In this document: positions 1 to 7,029 of the stretch, piece by piece
How positions within the stretch are numbered: position 1 is the stretch's first letter
Layout of the letters: every line of letters starts with the position of its first letter
Virus record (IMG/VR): IMGVR_UViG_3300042296_001032
DNA: 16,293 nucleotides
Source of the DNA: a virus
Lineage: Duplodnaviria; Heunggongvirae; Uroviricota; Caudoviricetes
Direction: 5' to 3' (one strand)
Notes under the pieces: model-generated
Told to the model about the DNA's origin: nothing
Databases searched by the model: none
The model's input: the letters and a program-made list of their open reading frames with translations, nothing else
Program-made: the position numbers and the translations under genes

Positions 1-27
1 CTTAATAATTTAATAATAGTAAAGCAT

Positions 28-55
28 AAAAAAACCTTCTTAATTAAGAAGGTTT
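28..55 (-). terminator. Intrinsic terminator (perfect 24-bp palindrome followed by T tract)
   Basis: AAACCTTCTTAATTAAGAAGGTTT at 32-55 is a perfect inverted repeat. On the minus strand it is followed by a T run and lies 3 nt after the stop of ORF 59..472. Confidence 0.75.
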
Positions 56-58
56 AAT

Positions 59-472
59 TTACACCCCAAAATTCTTTATAAATTTTCTGGCATCCATTAA
101 CTCTAGATTTTCTCCATAATTTTCAGAAACTCCGTTAGCAAAATCTTTTATATGTTCTTCATAATCCTCATCTTCCTCAAGGTGAGTGGTATAAACAAAT
201 TTTAACTCACCCTTAAAGTCAAGATAAGAATAAAGGCCAACAGCGGTTTCGTATCTATTTAGTACTTTTGGTGTTAAATGTTCAGATTCAAAACCTAAAC
301 TAATAAGTTGATTAACTAATTTTGCATAATCTATATCACCTTCTCTAGCTTTTGGTTCAAAATAAAAAGCTTTATTAATAAACATTTCAGGACCAAAACC
401 AGTGTCCATCATCCATTCAAGACCTGTTACTTCTTCCTTTAATATTTTCTTTATACGTTCTTTTAAATTCAT
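59..472 (-). CDS. Hypothetical phage protein with N-terminal KKILKEE/LEW tag (putative virion cargo)
   Basis: 137-aa ORF beginning MNLKERIKKILKEEVTGLEWM, matching the tag shared with neighbouring ORFs. No other recognisable motif. Confidence 0.8.
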   Translation of the reverse strand: MNLKERIKKILKEEVTGLEWMMDTGFGPEMFINKAFYFEPKAREGDIDYAKLVNQLISLGFESEHLTPKVLNRYETAVGLYSYLDFKGELKFVYTTHLEEDEDYEEHIKDFANGVSENYGENLELMDARKFIKNFGV

Positions 473-473
473 A

Positions 474-884
474 TTAATTTATTTCTACAACCATAACACC
501 ACTAACATCAATCCAAGTATTACCTAGTTTACGTTTTAAATCTATTAACCAAAAATCAGTTGTATCTTCATCAGCGTAATCAGTTGACCTTTGTACTCCA
601 TCTGACTCATTTCCCATAAATCCATCTTCTTCATCAATAATAAATTTCTTTTTAAATATTTTACCATTTTTTAAATATTTTCTAGTACCCTCATTTTGAT
701 TAAGTTCTTTAATAGCTTTTGGACCCAATTCAACAATTTTAAATTTAGCACCAGGACCAAGACTTGTAACAGGTACTGGTTTAATATCCCTAATCCAATC
801 TAAACTATCAAACATATCATCATCACCTTCAATAAGAAGGCCCATGATTGATTTGATTCTATTTATTTCTTCTTGTGGGTTCAT
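474..884 (-). CDS. Hypothetical protein, paralog of 886..1236, with LLIE/LDW tag
   Basis: 136-aa ORF. Shares LDWxR, FIIDE, TDYxDxxTTDFWLI and GVMV motifs with the adjacent ORF. Confidence 0.85.
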   Translation of the reverse strand: MNPQEEINRIKSIMGLLIEGDDDMFDSLDWIRDIKPVPVTSLGPGAKFKIVELGPKAIKELNQNEGTRKYLKNGKIFKKKFIIDEEDGFMGNESDGVQRSTDYADEDTTDFWLIDLKRKLGNTWIDVSGVMVVEIN

Positions 885-977
885 ATTAATCTACTCTTAT
901 TACCATAACACCATCAGATTCAACCCAACCACCTGACACACTTACACCTGCAGGAATTAACCAAAAATCAGTTGTAT
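544..977. repeat. 22-nt exact direct repeat shared by the tandem paralogs (544-565 and 956-977)
   Basis: ATTAACCAAAAATCAGTTGTAT is present at both positions and encodes TTDFWLI in both ORFs. Confidence 0.9.
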
Positions 978-1236
978 TTGTATCAGAGTAATCAGTTGTT
1001 ACACCCTTATCTTCGTCATAAAATCCACCACTTTCATCAATAATAAAAATTGTATTCACTAAATCATGGTCTTCAAGGTCACTGTCAAAATAAATAGAAT
1101 TAAGTGATTTTTTTGGTAGGTGATGAAACGTATATTTTTCACCAGGACTAAGGTCTGTTATAGGTACGTGTGGGGTAACATTTCTAACCCAATCAAGACC
1201 ATCCAATTCCTCCTTTATGATTTTTTTAAGATTCAT
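886..1236 (-). CDS. Hypothetical protein, paralog of 474..884, with KKIIKEE/LDW tag
   Basis: 116-aa ORF starting MNLKKIIKEELDGLDWVRNV. The GATATTTAT box lies 4 nt upstream. Confidence 0.85.
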   Translation of the reverse strand: MNLKKIIKEELDGLDWVRNVTPHVPITDLSPGEKYTFHHLPKKSLNSIYFDSDLEDHDLVNTIFIIDESGGFYDEDKGVTTDYSDTNTTDFWLIPAGVSVSGGWVESDGVMVIRVD

Positions 1237-1240
1237 ATCA

Positions 1241-1255
1241 ATAAATATCTTTATA
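1241..1255 (-). promoter_or_regulatory. TATAAAGATATTTAT box, putative phage late promoter or translation signal
   Basis: Positions 1241-1258 are identical over 18 nt to 1996-2013. The box ends 4 nt before the ATG at 1236. Confidence 0.6.
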
Positions 1256-1273
1256 AAAGAAAAACCCCTTATT

Positions 1274-1990
1274 TTAAAAGGATTTATACTGATATTCCTT
1301 TAATAAATTATATATTTGTTGGTATTGTCTTGTGATTTCTTCACTACTATCATTATCAAGACAAAAGTTAAAACTTTCTTTAGATTTTTCTAAAACATCA
1401 CTATAAGATATGTTTTTATAAACAATACCAAAAAATCTTCCAGCATCATATCTATCATATATTTCTAACTCAATTAAATTACCTTTATCGTCGTATTCGG
1501 TAATAACTCTATAACGTTCATCTGATTTTAAGGCATCTATAACCATTTCACCTACTGGTAAGACTTCTCTCATCCAATCCAAATCATCTTCTGCTTCTTC
1601 CTTTAAAGGATTAAAAATTTTATCAAGGGAATCAGTAAGAACCCAATGGTTATCTCTTACAATTAATCTTTTGGCACGTTTTTTAGTTACAGTACGTATA
1701 CCACCAACAGGTTCATCTTCTTCATCAGTTGTTACATGTATTTTATAATGAATAGTACCACTACCATCATAATCATCATCCTCATCATCCTCATCATCTA
1801 TCATACTATTGTAATCATCAATTTTAACGATTTCTAAAACGTATCTAATGGATTCATTAGAATCATATATTGTATACACATCACCAACTCTAACCTCACC
1901 TTTTTTTCTAGGTTTAACAGGTTCAAATTCGGTCCATGACCAATCATTATCCAAAGATTCTCTAATGATTTTTTTAATGAGGTTGTTCAT
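1274..1990 (-). CDS. Two-module hypothetical protein with N-terminal and internal xxE/DW tags; acidic D-rich tract
   Basis: 238 aa. Starts MNNLIKKIIRESLDNDW, has an internal LKEEAEDDLDWMREV and a DDEDDEDDDYD tract. Confidence 0.85.
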   Translation of the reverse strand: MNNLIKKIIRESLDNDWSWTEFEPVKPRKKGEVRVGDVYTIYDSNESIRYVLEIVKIDDYNSMIDDEDDEDDDYDGSGTIHYKIHVTTDEEDEPVGGIRTVTKKRAKRLIVRDNHWVLTDSLDKIFNPLKEEAEDDLDWMREVLPVGEMVIDALKSDERYRVITEYDDKGNLIELEIYDRYDAGRFFGIVYKNISYSDVLEKSKESFNFCLDNDSSEEITRQYQQIYNLLKEYQYKSF

Positions 1991-1995
1991 ATGAG

Positions 1996-2010
1996 ATAAA
2001 TATCTTTATA
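1996..2010 (-). promoter_or_regulatory. TATAAAGATATTTAT box, putative phage late promoter or translation signal
   Basis: Ends 5 nt before the ATG at 1990 and directly follows the terminator at 2011-2041. Confidence 0.6.
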
Positions 2011-2041
2011 AAACAAAAAACCTCTTACAGTTAAGAGGTTT
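2011..2041 (-). terminator. Intrinsic terminator
   Basis: 10-bp stem AAACCTCTTA/TAAGAGGTTT (2018-2041) with a 4-nt loop, followed by TTTGTTT on the minus strand, just after ORF 2050..2550. Confidence 0.75.
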
Positions 2042-2049
2042 AATAAAAA

Positions 2050-2550
2050 TTATAATTTCAATTTTTTAATATTTTTTCTAGGGTTCATACTATTACTGTA
2101 ATAATTTTGTATAGTTATATAACCACATAAACCTTTTTTATATTCTAAAACTTCTTCAGGTGTACATTGCCTTTCATGTAATACCATAACTTCAGGTATC
2201 TCACTCTCATTGGCCCTAACAGACCTAACTACCATTTGTGGTGTAGTGTTATCTGTTCTATTACAAACGAAGATAATATCTAAATCCATAGATTCATCTA
2301 ATTCAACCCTATATCTATTAAGTAGACCGTTATCATAATAATATTCTGATAAGAGTTCAATTAGTTTTGGGTTCATTATTACAGTATCTCCACCTCTCCT
2401 CAAAGAAGAACGATGTATTTGTGTAGAGACTTGGTTAATTCTTGTTATAAGGGTTTTATTCCACTCAGGTTGGATGTCATCCATATCAGTCATATTTTGC
2501 CAACCCGTATAATCCCAAATTGTGGTATGTTTACAGTCACCTATATTCAT
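2050..2550 (-). CDS. Truncated gp23-like major capsid protein homologue (C-terminal portion only)
   Basis: EWNKTLITRINQVSTQIHRSSLRRGGDTVIMN...GLLNRYRVELD aligns by eye with T4 gp23 ESFKALLFQIDKEAVEIARQTGRGEGNFIIAS...GVLGGKYRVYID (recalled from memory). Only 166 aa. Confidence 0.65.
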   Translation of the reverse strand: MNIGDCKHTTIWDYTGWQNMTDMDDIQPEWNKTLITRINQVSTQIHRSSLRRGGDTVIMNPKLIELLSEYYYDNGLLNRYRVELDESMDLDIIFVCNRTDNTTPQMVVRSVRANESEIPEVMVLHERQCTPEEVLEYKKGLCGYITIQNYYSNSMNPRKNIKKLKL

Positions 2551-2774
2551 TTAAAATAATTTTTAACCTCTATCGTATCATGAACACTAAAAACTAATGT
2601 ATCGGCATTAGTTTCAATACAGGTCCATTTATTATTATCACAAAAATGCCAATGACCATCCTCTAAAACAATGGTATCTTCCCAAAAATCAGGATATCTT
2701 TCAACATAATAATCCTTGTTCTGATATGATTTACAAGCAAATAATACAGGTAGTATAAAAAATATTTTTTTCAT
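2547..2774 (-). CDS. Small predicted lipoprotein
   Basis: MKKIFFILPVLFA-C: basic N-terminus, hydrophobic stretch and a lipobox-like LFAC. 75 aa. Confidence 0.65.
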   Translation of the reverse strand: MKKIFFILPVLFACKSYQNKDYYVERYPDFWEDTIVLEDGHWHFCDNNKWTCIETNADTLVFSVHDTIEVKNYFK

Positions 2775-2962
2775 TTTTGTTTTGGCTTACGGCCTCTTTT
2801 CTTAGGTAAACTATCTTTTGATTTTTCCAAATGATTATTAGCTTTTTCTAGTTTTTCAGGAAAAAGAATTTCTTCAGTTTCAGGAATAAGAATTGTGGTA
2901 TACTCAGGGAATAATTGATTTGACCCGACACCAAGACATACTTGAATTGTTTTATATTTCAT
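2771..2962 (-). CDS. Small hypothetical protein with C-terminal AT-hook-like KKRGRKPK
   Basis: 63 aa with a 4-nt overlap to the next gene. Ends PKKRGRKPKQK. Confidence 0.7.
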   Translation of the reverse strand: MKYKTIQVCLGVGSNQLFPEYTTILIPETEEILFPEKLEKANNHLEKSKDSLPKKRGRKPKQK

Positions 2963-2963
2963 T

Positions 2964-3215
2964 TTATTTATATTTTACTCTTTTTATGTTATCAGTTGGG
3001 GTTTCCATTACTTCACCGTTACATTGTTTAATAGCACTAATACCTGAAGTATATGATTGTATATAAACAGCATCAACTTGTGACCCACCCCTTAAAAAAA
3101 CTACCTGATTGCAACCATCACTATCTTTATAATCATAAGAACCCAATATAATGGATAACACAATTAATGGTATTAATAACATGTGCCAAGGATGGTCTTT
3201 AAAAAATTCTTTCAT
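2964..3215 (-). CDS. Small single-pass membrane protein with two periplasmic Cys
   Basis: The ORF track starts at TTG 3230; ATG 3215 (MKEFFKDHPW) is preferred. Hydrophobic segment MLLIPLIVLSIILG. Confidence 0.7.
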   Translation of the reverse strand: MKEFFKDHPWHMLLIPLIVLSIILGSYDYKDSDGCNQVVFLRGGSQVDAVYIQSYTSGISAIKQCNGEVMETPTDNIKRVKYK

Positions 3216-3259
3216 TACTATAGTACCCAAATGGGTTATTTATAATTTTAATTATATGA

Positions 3260-3658
3260 TTATTTTACGTTAGGTAAAATCATCTCCAAGGTGTAGATAT
3301 TATCCATATCTTGTTTGGTTTTTTTCTTCTTAGCTTTTAACATAGCTAATTCATCCAAAATTTCTTCCCGTTTAGTTTTAGGAACTTTTTTTATAGGTGT
3401 TTCTTTTACAACAACTACTGTTTTAGGTTTTTTAGTTGTAGTTTTAATTTTGTTATTAACAACAACCTTATCTCTATAGACAACCTTTTCAACAACCTTA
3501 TCTTGGTAAACAACTCTATCTTGATATGTAATTCTATCACGATACCTTATTTCAGGTACGTAAACAATATTTTCCACAACTTCTTTTGACTTACCATATA
3601 TTGAAAATATAGTGATAAGCAAAATGATATTTACAATGATAGAGATTATTAATGCCAT
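3260..3658 (-). CDS. N-terminally anchored membrane protein with Y[RQ]D[RK]VV beta-type repeats
   Basis: TM segment MALIISIIVNIILLITIFSIYG, then YRDRITYQDRVVYQDKVVEKVVYRDKVV, then a K-rich tail. Confidence 0.8.
   Translation of the reverse strand: MALIISIIVNIILLITIFSIYGKSKEVVENIVYVPEIRYRDRITYQDRVVYQDKVVEKVVYRDKVVVNNKIKTTTKKPKTVVVVKETPIKKVPKTKREEILDELAMLKAKKKKTKQDMDNIYTLEMILPNVK
3461..3545. repeat. Degenerate coding tandem repeat (AACAACCTTATCT at 3461 and 3491)
   Basis: A 13-nt exact repeat with a 30-nt offset underlies the YxDKVV peptide repeats. Confidence 0.6.
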
Positions 3659-3662
3659 GAGA

Positions 3663-3693
3663 CAAAGATAATAAAATATTCTTTATTTAAAAC
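3663..3693 (-). promoter_or_regulatory. Bacteroidota-type housekeeping promoter (TAnnTTTG -7 box)
   Basis: The minus strand reads GTTTTAAATAAAGAATATTTTAT-TATCTTTG-TCTCATG. TATCTTTG (3663-3670) exactly fits TAnnTTTG, 4 nt before the ATG. Confidence 0.6.
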
Positions 3694-3708
3694 ATTTTAT
3701 TAAAAAGT

Positions 3709-4242
3709 TTACCATTTCAACAACCAACCCTTTTCATAATCAAAATCACTACTGACCCATGAAATTGAGAACCCGACCTTCTCTAAAGATTTTAAAACTT
3801 CAAATTCCATAGAAGCAAATAAAATTTGACTATTACCTTTGTTAGCCTCTTCTTTGATTCTATTAAAATAATAAGTTAAATCAACATCAGAAACACCAAA
3901 ATTTTCGGTTATCTTACGAGCTTCTTCTACGGTTAAAACTTTATTCTTACCATAATAATCATCATAAGAAGTTTTTATCTGATGAGTTTTACCTCTCATT
4001 TTATGATAAAGTTCCCAATTAACAATACATTCAGTTAATTCAGTAGATTTTTTGAACTCTTCTTTTCTTTTTTTAACAACGTAGGCATCATATTCCTCAT
4101 CTGTGATAGGTTCTACCAACTCAGACATTAAAAGACTTATAGTTTGATTAATACAATCAACATTTTTATCTTTACTAAAAGTATTCTCAAAGTATTCTAA
4201 AGTACGTATAGTAGATAGAATATTCTCTCTATTCAGATTCAT
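3709..4242 (-). CDS. Hypothetical protein
   Basis: 177-aa ORF on the coding strand. No motif recognised. Confidence 0.8.
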   Translation of the reverse strand: MNLNRENILSTIRTLEYFENTFSKDKNVDCINQTISLLMSELVEPITDEEYDAYVVKKRKEEFKKSTELTECIVNWELYHKMRGKTHQIKTSYDDYYGKNKVLTVEEARKITENFGVSDVDLTYYFNRIKEEANKGNSQILFASMEFEVLKSLEKVGFSISWVSSDFDYEKGWLLKW

Positions 4243-4369
4243 CTTTAGTATCGTTATCGTTGTTGTTATTAAAAATGTCTGTTATTCTTGCTGTCACAAA
4301 AATAATGATAAAACCCAAAAACAAAGTTACTATCGGGTGATTACCCATCGCATCAAAAGCTTCTTCCAT
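4229..4369 (-). CDS. Small membrane protein, 46 aa (not in ORF track)
   Basis: Hand translation: MEEAFDAMGNHPIVTLFLGFIIIFVTARITDIFNNNNDNDTKDESE*. One TM helix; fills the gap and overlaps the next start. Confidence 0.65.
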   Translation of the reverse strand: MEEAFDAMGNHPIVTLFLGFIIIFVTARITDIFNNNNDNDTKDESE

Positions 4370-4384
4370 ATATAATTTTTAATA

Positions 4385-4413
4385 AGATTAAGTATAATAA
4401 AATTAATTGTCAA
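4385..4413 (-). promoter_or_regulatory. Putative host-RNAP (early) promoter TTGACA-N17-TAATCT
   Basis: Consensus -35 hexamer with a 17-nt spacer in the intergenic gap before ATG 4369. Confidence 0.45.
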
Positions 4414-4451
4414 AAGATTTTTAGAATTTATCTTTTGGAATTAAATATTTA

Positions 4452-4571
4452 TCATTTTCTGTTTTTCTTTTTTGAAATAATTTCAACAGCTGAAGCTAGG
4501 ATTACTACTATAACAATAACTAAGAATATTGCTGATACAGGGTTTTCTTTTAAAGATTCTATAATTTTCAT
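4452..4571 (-). CDS. Small membrane protein, 39 aa (not in ORF track)
   Basis: Hand translation: MKIIESLKENPVSAIFLVIVIVVILASAVEIISKKKNRK*. One TM helix and a basic C-tail. Confidence 0.65.
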   Translation of the reverse strand: MKIIESLKENPVSAIFLVIVIVVILASAVEIISKKKNRK

Positions 4572-4594
4572 TTTTTTTTTATTTTTTAATAACT

Positions 4595-4614
4595 AAAAAC
4601 CCCCAATTGGGGGT
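4595..4614 (-). terminator. Intrinsic terminator
   Basis: Palindrome ACCCCC-AATT-GGGGGT (4599-4614) followed by a T run on the minus strand, just after the stop at 4620. Confidence 0.7.
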
Positions 4615-4619
4615 AATTG

Positions 4620-4862
4620 TTATTGGTTTACAGATTTTTTTCTTGTTTTTTGTGGTTGTGCCGTTGGGTTTGGTCCACTTTTTTTAACATTACTTTTTGG
4701 TTTCACATTTCCTTTGGTAGTACTTTTTTTCAAAGCCTTCGGTGTAACTTCTTCAACAGGACTATATTTTTTTCTTAAATACTCAGCCCAATCAGCTTGT
4801 TTTCTACCATTAACAAAAAACCACCCAAAATTTATTTCAAACCATTTAATTATATTTTTCAT
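4620..4862 (-). CDS. Small basic protein with K/P/T-rich tail
   Basis: Track ORF is 4620..4889. The second ATG (4862, MKNIIKWFEINFGWFF) is preferred because it reduces overlap with ORF 4846..4971. Confidence 0.7.
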   Translation of the reverse strand: MKNIIKWFEINFGWFFVNGRKQADWAEYLRKKYSPVEEVTPKALKKSTTKGNVKPKSNVKKSGPNPTAQPQKTRKKSVNQ

Positions 4863-4971
4863 CTTTTCTATAGTTTTTAGAATATTCATACTCTTCTAAT
4901 TCAGGTGGACAATCGTCAACAATATTACGTTTCCACCAATTTTTTAAATATGTTTTTATTTTTTGTAACAT
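4846..4971 (-). CDS. Small hypothetical protein, 41 aa (not in ORF track)
   Basis: Hand translation: MLQKIKTYLKNWWKRNIVDDCPPELEEYEYSKNYRKDEKYN*. ATG directly follows the upstream TAA. Confidence 0.55.
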   Translation of the reverse strand: MLQKIKTYLKNWWKRNIVDDCPPELEEYEYSKNYRKDEKYN

Positions 4972-5127
4972 TTAATTTAATTCTCTATTATACAAATTAA
5001 CTAAAATTAATCTAGCCATTTTAAATTCTCTAGCTTTATTTAATTTTAAACCATAAACTTTAGAAATTTCTTTTAAGTGTGGTAACATCTCACTTAATTT
5101 AGATTTACCAATAGTTTTTCTTTCCAT
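4972..5127 (-). CDS. Small basic hypothetical protein, 51 aa (not in ORF track)
   Basis: Hand translation: MERKTIGKSKLSEMLPHLKEISKVYGLKLNKAREFKMARLILVNLYNRELN*. Confidence 0.6.
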   Translation of the reverse strand: MERKTIGKSKLSEMLPHLKEISKVYGLKLNKAREFKMARLILVNLYNRELN

Positions 5128-5151
5128 GAAACAATTATAATAATTTTTTAT

Positions 5152-6648
5152 TTAAATGTCCATACGATATTGTGACAAGTAAAAGGGTAAATCATCAAAA
5201 TTTATTTGAAACACATTTTTTGGGTCGGTTCCCCCACTCATTCTTTTTGTTTTTCTTAATCTCAGTTTATTAGATTCCAAATCTATTTCATCAGCAACCC
5301 AAATCCAACCATCAACATCATCATTTTTTGACCATACATTACCATAACCTGCAGTTGGTTTAAAACCTAATTTTTGTAATCTATCATAGAATTTTTTTTG
5401 TTCCATAAATTCTTCTGGATTTTCATCAATATATTCTTCACTATTACTTAAAAATTTATCAAAAGCATCCCTGATTTCCCATTCAGCACCACTAGTATCC
5501 CATTCTTCATAAAAGTAGTCATACCAACTGACGTTAGTTACAATAGAAGATAATTCATTTAAAGCTTTCGATAAATCGTTATTAACAGTATTCTTTTCAA
5601 GAATTGTAATTAAATCTTTTGTACTTAAAGTGATTTCAATAGTATCATACCATCTGGAATATGATTTTTTAAATTTTACAGGAAATTTAAATTTATTATC
5701 AGAACCTAAAGTTAATGTTCTATAATATTCAGCGATTGAATTCCATCTATTTTCTTGTATTTTATAACTAAGAATTTCTATAAAACGATTTTGTAAAGTA
5801 TCCCAATACCTTTTAATTTGTGAAATAAGTAAATGTTTTTCTAAATCATTTAAATTATCATTTAAATACTCTTCCAAATCTATATTAGGTGAAATTAATT
5901 TTACAATTTTTTCTAATCTTTCTTTTTGTTCAGATGACATATGATACCCAGCATAATCAAATTCTTCATAGTCCAAATCATAGTAATCATTATCATTACT
6001 GTAATTTGGATTTTCTAAAAGTGGTTCAATAATACTTTCATTATCACCAAAACCTTCACTCATCCTGTCCCTCCATTTTTCATAGTCTAAGGAAAAAACT
6101 GTTTCATCGTCACCAATATTAATCTCACAATCGTCTCCTTGATTATTAAAACAAACACTATCCTCATCAAAATATTTTCCAGGTAAAAAAGAAGGTATTT
6201 CGTGTATCCAATCAAAATCAGAATAACCTTCAACCTCTTCTCTAATTATTTTTTTGATTATACTTTCATACATTTGGTTAGTTAATTTGGGGTGTTTATC
6301 CTCAAATTTTTTAATTACCTCACCCGCTTTAGCATTGGCCTCATTTTCATTTTTACTACCAACATTTTTTTGTTTTTTTCTACCTAATACGGTTCTTTGA
6401 TATTCATGAATCCATTCGTGTGCTAAGGTTCTAAGAACATCTCTATTCATTCTACCTTTAACAAGAATCTTTAACGTATGTTTGTTTGTTCTTGCACCAG
6501 TAGTCATCTCATCTAATCTAGATGACATAAAACGTATTTTAATATTGTGTTCTAATGGATATTCCTTTTTTAAAAAATTAATGAACTCATCATAAAGTTT
6601 CATATCTTTTTTAGAAATTTCACATTCTACAGATTTTTCTATTTCCAT
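5152..6648 (-). CDS. HExxH zinc-metallopeptidase-like N-terminal domain fused to a tagged acidic domain
   Basis: TLAHEWIHEYQ with downstream ENEANA, then internal IIKKIIREE...DFDWI. Start moved from GTG 6684 to ATG 6648 because the GATATTTAT box lies 6 nt upstream of it. Confidence 0.8.
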   Translation of the reverse strand: MEIEKSVECEISKKDMKLYDEFINFLKKEYPLEHNIKIRFMSSRLDEMTTGARTNKHTLKILVKGRMNRDVLRTLAHEWIHEYQRTVLGRKKQKNVGSKNENEANAKAGEVIKKFEDKHPKLTNQMYESIIKKIIREEVEGYSDFDWIHEIPSFLPGKYFDEDSVCFNNQGDDCEINIGDDETVFSLDYEKWRDRMSEGFGDNESIIEPLLENPNYSNDNDYYDLDYEEFDYAGYHMSSEQKERLEKIVKLISPNIDLEEYLNDNLNDLEKHLLISQIKRYWDTLQNRFIEILSYKIQENRWNSIAEYYRTLTLGSDNKFKFPVKFKKSYSRWYDTIEITLSTKDLITILEKNTVNNDLSKALNELSSIVTNVSWYDYFYEEWDTSGAEWEIRDAFDKFLSNSEEYIDENPEEFMEQKKFYDRLQKLGFKPTAGYGNVWSKNDDVDGWIWVADEIDLESNKLRLRKTKRMSGGTDPKNVFQINFDDLPFYLSQYRMDI

Positions 6649-6654
6649 CAATAA

Positions 6655-6663
6655 ATAAATATC
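6655..6663 (-). promoter_or_regulatory. GATATTTAT box
   Basis: Same 9-mer as at 1241, 1996 and 9659; 6 nt before ATG 6648. Confidence 0.55.
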
Positions 6664-6706
6664 TTGAAAATTATAATAATACACTAGGATGTGATATAGA
6701 TTGTAA

Positions 6707-7009
6707 CTATTGGATAAACTCGTTAAGTTTATTTTTTATTAAATCTTTAGCCATTGCACCAGATTGTCTCCACACAATTTCACCTTCTTTAAATAGAATA
6801 AAAGTGGGTACCCCTCTTACATTATATTTCATGGCAGTTTCTCTATTAGAGTCAACATCCACTTTTAAAATTGTTACAGAATCACCAATCTCAGATTTAA
6901 TTTCTTCTAATGGTTTTTCCATCATTCTACAAGGACCACACCAAGTGGCATAAAAATCTACCAAGGTAGGTTTTTTTGATTTAATTATTTCATTAAAATT
7001 ATCACTCAT
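6707..7009 (-). CDS. trxA: Thioredoxin
   Basis: LVDFYATWCGPC active site, VDVD, cis-Pro loop GVPT, GA motif near the C-terminus; 100 aa. Confidence 0.97.
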   Translation of the reverse strand: MSDNFNEIIKSKKPTLVDFYATWCGPCRMMEKPLEEIKSEIGDSVTILKVDVDSNRETAMKYNVRGVPTFILFKEGEIVWRQSGAMAKDLIKNKLNEFIQ

Positions 7010-7029
7010 TTTTTATATTTTTATTTATA

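Noticed and set aside
1258-1285. Possible terminator after ORF 1274..1990
   Set aside because: Only about a 5-bp stem including a G:U pair and overlapping the stop codon; too weak to call.
1772-1800. TCATCATCC tandem repeat
   Set aside because: Simply encodes the DDEDDEDD tract; not a CRISPR array or regulatory repeat.
3225-3236. ACCCA-AA-TGGGT inverted repeat upstream of ATG 3215
   Set aside because: 5-bp stem with a 2-nt loop and no T tract; could be chance.
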